Positions 58,455 to 64,000 of a stretch of DNA of 64,000 nucleotides are shown one piece after another. A model generated the notes under the pieces. That model saw nothing but the letters and a program-made list of their open reading frames with translations, did not search any database and was not told where the DNA came from. Positions within the stretch are counted from its first letter, which is position 1, and each line of letters starts with the position of its first letter. The position numbers and the translations under genes were made by a program. Source of the DNA: Candidatus Latescibacterota bacterium (GTDB taxonomy: Bacteria; Latescibacterota; UBA2968; UBA8231); contig CBDAOB010000003.1 in NCBI GenBank assembly GCA_965197905.1, positions 64,001-128,000 on the forward strand, written 5' to 3'.

Positions 58455-59251
58455 TAGCTACTCCTCAGGGCTTCCACCTGACGGCGCCCGATCTCTTTGA
58501 TCAGGACATCGGGCTGCGCGTCCAGCTTCGAATAGGCGGGGTTTCCTCGCGGCATCTTCTTGAAAGGACTGTTCCGTGCGGCGTTGTAAGAGCAGATCAA
58601 CGCCCAGCGGCGCTGATCGCTGTGATTGTGATCGGAACAGTGCATCAGATTGCAGTCAAAGAACAGAGCTGAGCCGCGGTCCATCTCGCAGTTAACCAGT
58701 TCCATATGCTCCAGCGCTGCGTCCACCCGCTCCGCATCGGCGCTCATCTGGCCGGCGACGTAGTGGTGCTCAACGCGGCCTATCTTGTGTGACCCCCGAA
58801 TCGCCTTGATGCAGCCGTTTCGCTCCGTCGCCGGGTCTACGGCGACCAGGCAGCTTGCCAGCAGTGGGAAAAGACAGGCGTGCTCGACGTACCAGTAGCC
58901 GTAGTCCTGGTGCCACTCCCATGCTCCGCCTACGCGCGGATCCTTGAACATCATCTTGTGATTCCAGTGGTACGCCTCACCTTCGAGAATCTGCTCGATG
59001 GGTCCCAACAGGCGGGGACAACGCACGAAGGCAGAGTAGATGTCATCGTCGAGCACGGTGCGCGCCGTCAACCGGGTGATGCCGCCGTCGCCGTCCTCGC
59101 GCACGTATGACTCGTCGGTCAAGCTTTGATCGGTCTCGGCGATCTGCTGTAGAAGATCCATCTCTTCACCGTCGAACAGTCCTTCCACTAGCAAAAAGCC
59201 ATCGGCGCGAAACTGCGCTAATTGGGCGTCGGTCAGGTTGGAGGAATCCAC
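58454..59251 (-). CDS. Phytanoyl-CoA dioxygenase family protein (EctD-like motif)
   Basis: KMMFKDPRVGGAWEWHQDYGYW, GSH, LMHCS; start GTG 59251 or in-frame ATG 59362. Confidence 0.87.
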   Translation of the reverse strand: MDSSNLTDAQLAQFRADGFLLVEGLFDGEEMDLLQQIAETDQSLTDESYVREDGDGGITRLTARTVLDDDIYSAFVRCPRLLGPIEQILEGEAYHWNHKMMFKDPRVGGAWEWHQDYGYWYVEHACLFPLLASCLVAVDPATERNGCIKAIRGSHKIGRVEHHYVAGQMSADAERVDAALEHMELVNCEMDRGSALFFDCNLMHCSDHNHSDQRRWALICSYNAARNSPFKKMPRGNPAYSKLDAQPDVLIKEIGRRQVEALRSS

Positions 59252-59836
59252 GAATCTTGGCTCGCCTTTTCGCCCAGTGTACGGAGCACCGAGAGTATCA
59301 TCAAGACCGACGGTGTTGATCGCCTGATCCGAGCAACCTCCGGCTAGTATTGCTTTTGGCATGCGCGGATCCCTCCTATATTGGCAACAGAATTTGCATA
59401 GTCCGCGTGTGCACGAACATCGATCGGATGTTGCGGTTCTGATGGCAGTCTGTTCATCGAGGCGTTCGGACTGGTCCAGGGCTCGGATTTTCGCCGGGGT
59501 CTTATCAGTTCTCTCCCTGAACTCTACTTCAAGATACTGGAGACCACGATTGAGCTCCTGGCTCAACGGGTCAGCCGAACAAGTGCCGCTGTAGAGGTGG
59601 CAGACGGTCAGTCCGGACTCTGGTAGAGTGAAGAGCGCGGCAAGCAACCACCCGCATGCCCATCACGCTGGTAGGCGCGGAAGATGACGCCCCCTATCAT
59701 GCGGTCCCTTGGTGGCTACCCCCTTCGACCTTTGAAATCTACGCTTCTGTAACTTGCATTTACTAGATCGTTCAGCTACCCTAACGCCTGCCAAGAACGA
59801 CCAGCCAGACTGGAGAGGACAAAGCGAGGACGATAT

Positions 59837-60970
59837 ATGCGTGTAACGAGCGTCAAAACGACCCCTCTTTCCATCCCGCTCAAAGAAACTTACTACTACA
59901 GCCAGGGGGCGGTGGCGGGAGGCAATTCGATTCTGATCGAGGTTGAAACCGACGAGGGCATCGTCGGGATCGGGGAAGCGTGCGGCGATCGATCGGCGTC
60001 AGCCGTGCTGGGGGTCGTTCATGCCGCGGCTAGAATCCTGGAGGGAACGAGCCCTTTCGAGATAGAACGGTTCCTCTATCGTTTCTATCGCGAAGCGAAA
60101 TGGGATGACATGCGCCGATTTGCCAATCAGGCGCTGGCGGGCGTCGAGATGGCGCTTTGGGATATCGTCGGAAAGGCGGCGGGACTTCCACTGCACGCGA
60201 TTCTGGGTGGGGCGCTCTACGATCGGATCAATCACTTCGGCTTCTTGCAGGGCGACGAACCGACCAAACTCGCGGACGATGCGTCCATGTGGCAGGAACG
60301 CGGATTCGACGTGCTCTATTTGAAGGTGGGGCGTGGGCGCCAGCGGGATCTCGCCTGTGTCGAGGCGATTAGAACCCGGGTGGGACCCGAGATGAAACTT
60401 CGCGTTGATGCCAACATGGCGTGGTCTGTGGGTGAGGCTATTCAGGAACTCAGGGCTCTGGCGAGCTACGATATCGACTTCGCCGAACAACCGGTACCCT
60501 AGTCCGATTTGGATGGACTCGTCCGGGTTCGCGACGCCGTACCCATGCCGATTGCCGTCGACCAGGGTTGTTTTACCGAGCACGAGGCCCTGGAGGTAGT
60601 ACGGAAGAAGGCAGCTGACGTGATTGTGGCAGGGTTGCATGAGACCGGCGGAATCTCAGGCCTGCGCAAACTCTCGGCTGTTGCCGGAGCAGCCGCATTA
60701 CCCATCTGCCGGCACGGGGTCATGGGAGAGACCGGGGTCACCACCCTTGCTTCGCTGCAGGTCCTCGCCTCCATTCCAAACCAGACCCGTGGCCACCAGG
60801 TCATGCATCAGCTCTTCGAAGCCGATATCGTAGCCGAGGGTGTCATAGAATTCGATGGTGGCGATATTGTTGTGCCCGATCGACCGGGATTGGGCATCGA
60901 ATTAGATTGCGATCGGGTAGATGAGTACGCCAGGCGCTATGAGCAAAGCGGGCCCTACTGGCCCTGTTAG
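59837..60970 (+). pseudogene. Mandelate racemase/MLE family protein with in-frame TAG at 60500-60502
   Basis: EMALWD, VDAN, EQPVP*SDLDGL...VDQG...PGLG, all in one frame; paralogue of 42681-43811. Confidence 0.85.
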
Positions 60971-61007
60971 GTCCTCCCTTGTCACCAGTAGCGGCGACCA
61001 CGCGCGA

Positions 61008-61164
61008 CTAATCGAACCGCATCTCCAGCTGCACACCGTCGAGGATCAGGTCTGAAGCGAGCGAGTCGTTGCGGCGGTCCAGGTGCAGCTCCACGTCGTT
61101 GTTTCCCGTTCTGACCAGGTCCTCGCCTCTGGCGCCAGCGGGCTTCCTGTCTCGTCGCGCTCAT
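61008..61164 (-). pseudogene. Hollowed gene remnant (N-terminus fused to the C-terminal tail of a larger protein)
   Basis: GGGAGA RBS + MSATRQEARWRQRR, then in another frame EDLVRTGNNDVELHLDRRNDSLASDLILDGVQLEMRFD*, which resembles the C-terminus at 63813-64000. Confidence 0.55.
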
Positions 61165-61180
61165 GGTTTTTCTCCCATTT

Positions 61181-62104
61181 CTACTGAAACCATTTTCTCA
61201 ACCCATCCTGCAGAAAGACAAATTCATAGTCCTCTAGGGCATCCCGCAATGTCTGTTTTCTGGTCTGCCAGGAAACCCTCTCTACCATCTGCCTCAAAAC
61301 CCAGTAGCCCGCATCCAGTTTGCACCTCAGATAAGCTTCCTCACCCTTGAACGCATTGAAGCCACCGAACAGGCGTTTCGCTGCCGCAGTATCAAGCCCC
61401 TCAGGTCCATCGGTCAGCGCGCTCGCCATCTGCCAGTAGTCGATTTCAGCCGGACAGAGATCCGCGTCATCGAAATCGATAATTCCGGTCAACTGCTCAG
61501 CGTCGAACAAAACGTTGGTAAGGTTTATGTCTTCGTGAACCAAAACCTCGGGTGGTGAGCGCAGAAAAACCGGCTGGTTCTCTGTCCAGAAAGCGATCAT
61601 GGACTGCACGATCTCTTTGCTCGTGACAGGGTCCTCGAGGGCCTGTTGGCCGAACTGCAGAAACTCCTGGTTCCGGCGTTCTACCCACGGTTCCGATCCC
61701 GAAAAGTGCTTAATTGTGGTTGTATCCACTTCATGCAGCTTTTTCATCTCGTCGAGCACTGGACCGAGACGGAGTTCCCTTTGCGTCGCATCCAATTTGC
61801 TCCAGCAGAAACCAAGCGGTTTTCCCGGCAGCCAGGTGACCACCATCACCGGCCACGGAAACGCCACGCGACTTTCATCGAGATATACCAGGCGGTTGGA
61901 TTTGATCTTGCCTTCGATCGCCTGCAGGATGCTGGCGGATTTTCCGAAATGTCTGCCGTCGCTTCCAGCCCCCAGCTTGACAACGAAGTCGCCCGCCTTG
62001 AACACCTTGTTGGCAATGCCAACCCTTTGCCTGATTACGCGATCGACGCGAGGGAGATCAGCGGCTTCAAGGACCTGGTACGCGGCTCTTCTAAATTGAT
62101 CCAT
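61181..62104 (-). CDS. Aminoglycoside phosphotransferase/choline kinase-like protein
   Basis: FVVKL, LVHEDINLTNVL, IIDFDD. Confidence 0.85.
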   Translation of the reverse strand: MDQFRRAAYQVLEAADLPRVDRVIRQRVGIANKVFKAGDFVVKLGAGSDGRHFGKSASILQAIEGKIKSNRLVYLDESRVAFPWPVMVVTWLPGKPLGFCWSKLDATQRELRLGPVLDEMKKLHEVDTTTIKHFSGSEPWVERRNQEFLQFGQQALEDPVTSKEIVQSMIAFWTENQPVFLRSPPEVLVHEDINLTNVLFDAEQLTGIIDFDDADLCPAEIDYWQMASALTDGPEGLDTAAAKRLFGGFNAFKGEEAYLRCKLDAGYWVLRQMVERVSWQTRKQTLRDALEDYEFVFLQDGLRKWFQ

Positions 62105-62205
62105 TCGAAAATTGAAGGAGTAGTAGTGCGTGAAAGTTATGAAGGCGTAGGAACAGGGCGAAGAGCGAATACCACGTATCAGAAGGCCGCGGCGGCGGTA
62201 GACCT

Positions 62206-63768
62206 CTAAATCTTGTAGGCAAAAACCTTGGCGCGAAACATTCGGATGCGGATTGTCAAGGTCTCTCCGACCGCTGAAATATCGCTCTTGCCATTCCAGG
62301 TCACGAGCCTGTCACCCTCGTCGCCGTAGATCCAGTCGCAATCCTCGAACGTCAATCCGGGAGTTCCTTCGCCGTCGGGATACTTGCGGGATGGCACCTT
62401 GTTGCGCAACTCCACCTTTATCCAGCCGCCGTTGTCGCAGCGGTAATTAAGGCGCAATTCGTGCTGTCGACGTTTTTGAGTCGGCACGGTGAAACGACCT
62501 TCGTTCTCGGCTTCGATGCCGCACAGACGATGGGGTTCCCACCGCGCCCAATGTATCTGTTCGCCATCCCAGGGCATCGGCGTACCCGGATGAAAGCCGT
62601 TATGGAGGCTGGTACCTCCGATGAGAGATACCGCCCAACGGCCGTCCGGCAGCTCCACCGGTCCACCTTGCGCATAGACGGCGCCGTTGATTCCGCTACC
62701 TGGGGGTCCCACGCGGATGCTAGGACTCCGTTGCGGCCGGTTCCAGATGAGACCGTCGCGACTGAAGGCGATCTGGTTGTCCACGTGACCGCTGATCTGG
62801 TCGAAGACGTGGACGAGCATGCAGTGCACGTTTTTGCGCCCGGGGTACGGGAAGTAGTGGCCACCGTAGAAAGAGATCTGCGGTCCGTCGTGAGCATCCG
62901 GGTAAAGCACCAGCTTGGGTGGCGGCCAGTTGCGAAAATCTCGGGTGCGGGTGAAACCGATACACCGTCGCGTGTAATCTTGTTCAGGGGTGCTTTGCGC
63001 CAACCTCTTGATCTCTTCATGTGCCAGGCCGTGCAAACGGATGTAAGCGAAATAGGTTTTCGTTTCCGGCTCGAAATTTGGATTGCCGGCGGTCCCGTCC
63101 GAGGGCATGTCGGCCACCGGTTTTTCGATCTGCGTCCAGTGCATGAGGTCGGGGGAGATGAAACCGCGCACGAAGGCGCGCATGACCATAGGCGGTCCCT
63201 GGTAGCTGTCCCCGGCGTATTCCATTTCGCCCATGCGCTTCAGGCCCTCTTCAACAGAAAGCTCTTCGCCGGTGTCGGAGTCGAACATGCCGGCGACTTC
63301 AACCCAGGACTTGAAGCGCTCCTCGGGAGGTGCCTGGGGATCCTCTACTACGGGGCCGACGCATTGATCGCACACCAGGTTGTTGGCGGTCGAACCGTTG
63401 AATTCGATCCGGCCGATCTCCGGTCGCGTCCACTGGTAGCCATCCTTGCTGTAGCGGTACGAGGTGCCGCCCTTGGCGCGATATAGCATGTTGTACTGGC
63501 CGTCTCCCTGCCAAACGTAGAGTGGCAACAAATGTCCTTCCCAATCGGCATCATCCCTGAAGAGCACCTCGGACACATCTGCCTCTTCCACGGTCAGCCG
63601 GATACCGGAAGGCGAGTCGAACAGGCCGAACTGGCCGTGCCGATCCTTCCAACGGTTGCCGGGGTAGACGTCGAACCAGTCGAAGAAAGGTTGCCACTCC
63701 CCCGAATTTTCTCGGGCTTCAAAGCCAAATGGTGCGCCCGGTAGTCGTGCGTTTCCTGTTTCAGCCAT
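62206..63768 (-). CDS. Hypothetical beta-propeller (GH32/43-like fold) protein
   Basis: SKDGYQW, SPDLMHW, TRDFRNW, SRDGLIW repeats; ATG after GGAAGG. Confidence 0.72.
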   Translation of the reverse strand: MAETGNARLPGAPFGFEARENSGEWQPFFDWFDVYPGNRWKDRHGQFGLFDSPSGIRLTVEEADVSEVLFRDDADWEGHLLPLYVWQGDGQYNMLYRAKGGTSYRYSKDGYQWTRPEIGRIEFNGSTANNLVCDQCVGPVVEDPQAPPEERFKSWVEVAGMFDSDTGEELSVEEGLKRMGEMEYAGDSYQGPPMVMRAFVRGFISPDLMHWTQIEKPVADMPSDGTAGNPNFEPETKTYFAYIRLHGLAHEEIKRLAQSTPEQDYTRRCIGFTRTRDFRNWPPPKLVLYPDAHDGPQISFYGGHYFPYPGRKNVHCMLVHVFDQISGHVDNQIAFSRDGLIWNRPQRSPSIRVGPPGSGINGAVYAQGGPVELPDGRWAVSLIGGTSLHNGFHPGTPMPWDGEQIHWARWEPHRLCGIEAENEGRFTVPTQKRRQHELRLNYRCDNGGWIKVELRNKVPSRKYPDGEGTPGLTFEDCDWIYGDEGDRLVTWNGKSDISAVGETLTIRIRMFRAKVFAYKI

Positions 63769-63812
63769 AGTGTACCTTCCCGGTGAGGTTTCCTCAGGGT
63801 CGGACGCGGAGG

Positions 63813-64000
63813 TCATTCGGCGCGCACATTCAGCAGCACGCAATCGAGTGCCATCGGTGCCCTTGCAGAGTCAGCCCGCGTGTTCAAGCTGACTTCGAGC
63901 CTGTTTTCACCCTTGACGACCCGCTCGGGCTGCACTTCGCACTCCAGCCAGTGCGCGGCGGGCGCCGCGTCTAGAGTCTTCTGCGGTAGTAGACCATTCA
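63813..64000 (-). CDS. C-terminal part of a hypothetical protein (partial, starts beyond the right edge)
   Basis: Open frame ...HWLECEVQPERVVKGENRLEVSLNTRADSARAPMALDCVLLNVRAE*. Confidence 0.65.
   Translation of the reverse strand, partial: NGLLPQKTLDAAPAAHWLECEVQPERVVKGENRLEVSLNTRADSARAPMALDCVLLNVRAE

Noticed and set aside
36215..58500. ORFs 36215-36574 and 58249-58500 sharing PVLIRR..PTCCV similarity
   Set aside because: They are translations of the MITE copies, not a protein family
51818..60502. Stop-codon reassignment or Pyl/Sec read-through as the explanation for the in-frame TGA/TAG codons
   Set aside because: TAG and TGA both terminate many ordinary genes in this window, the positions are not catalytic, no pyl/sel machinery is seen, and frameshifts co-occur; point mutation or sequencing error is simpler
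61181..62104. Antibiotic resistance gene
   Set aside because: Only the generic APH/choline-kinase fold motifs are present; no mobile context
724..63486. Long antisense ORFs (e.g. 724-1605, 9377-10321, 44937-46211, 62461-63486)
   Set aside because: Shadows of real genes in high-GC DNA; no motifs or RBS

Overview
GC-rich bacterial chromosomal region made up mostly of small-molecule catabolic paralogue families: 6 PhyH-type Fe/2OG dioxygenases plus a remnant, 4 xylose-isomerase-like TIM barrels, 4 Gfo/Idh/MocA oxidoreductases, 3 enolase-superfamily enzymes, MBL hydrolases, and sialidase/propeller proteins. This gene mix is reminiscent of Latescibacterota/Poribacteria-like genomes, which is an inference only. 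No rRNA, tRNA or CRISPR array was seen. Highlights: (1) a cyclic-nucleotide/sigma54 circuit at 50.2-58.2 kb, in which a STAND-type class III cyclase, a DUF4242 protein and a cNMP-binding enhancer-binding protein are bracketed by two sigma54 promoters with shared upstream motifs, although the cyclase carries two in-frame stops; (2) a phnA + alcohol dehydrogenase + aldehyde dehydrogenase operon that suggests oxidative 2-hydroxyethylphosphonate catabolism; (3) a recurring pattern of 'hollowed-out' genes that keep only their N- and C-terminal ends, plus several frameshifts and nonsense codons; (4) three related MITE-like elements between convergent genes and an internally deleted IS1380-family element; (5) an Rrf2 regulator with twin operators, divergent from an unannotated, frameshifted Cys-rich membrane mini-protein. 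All family calls are by motif recognition, not database search.
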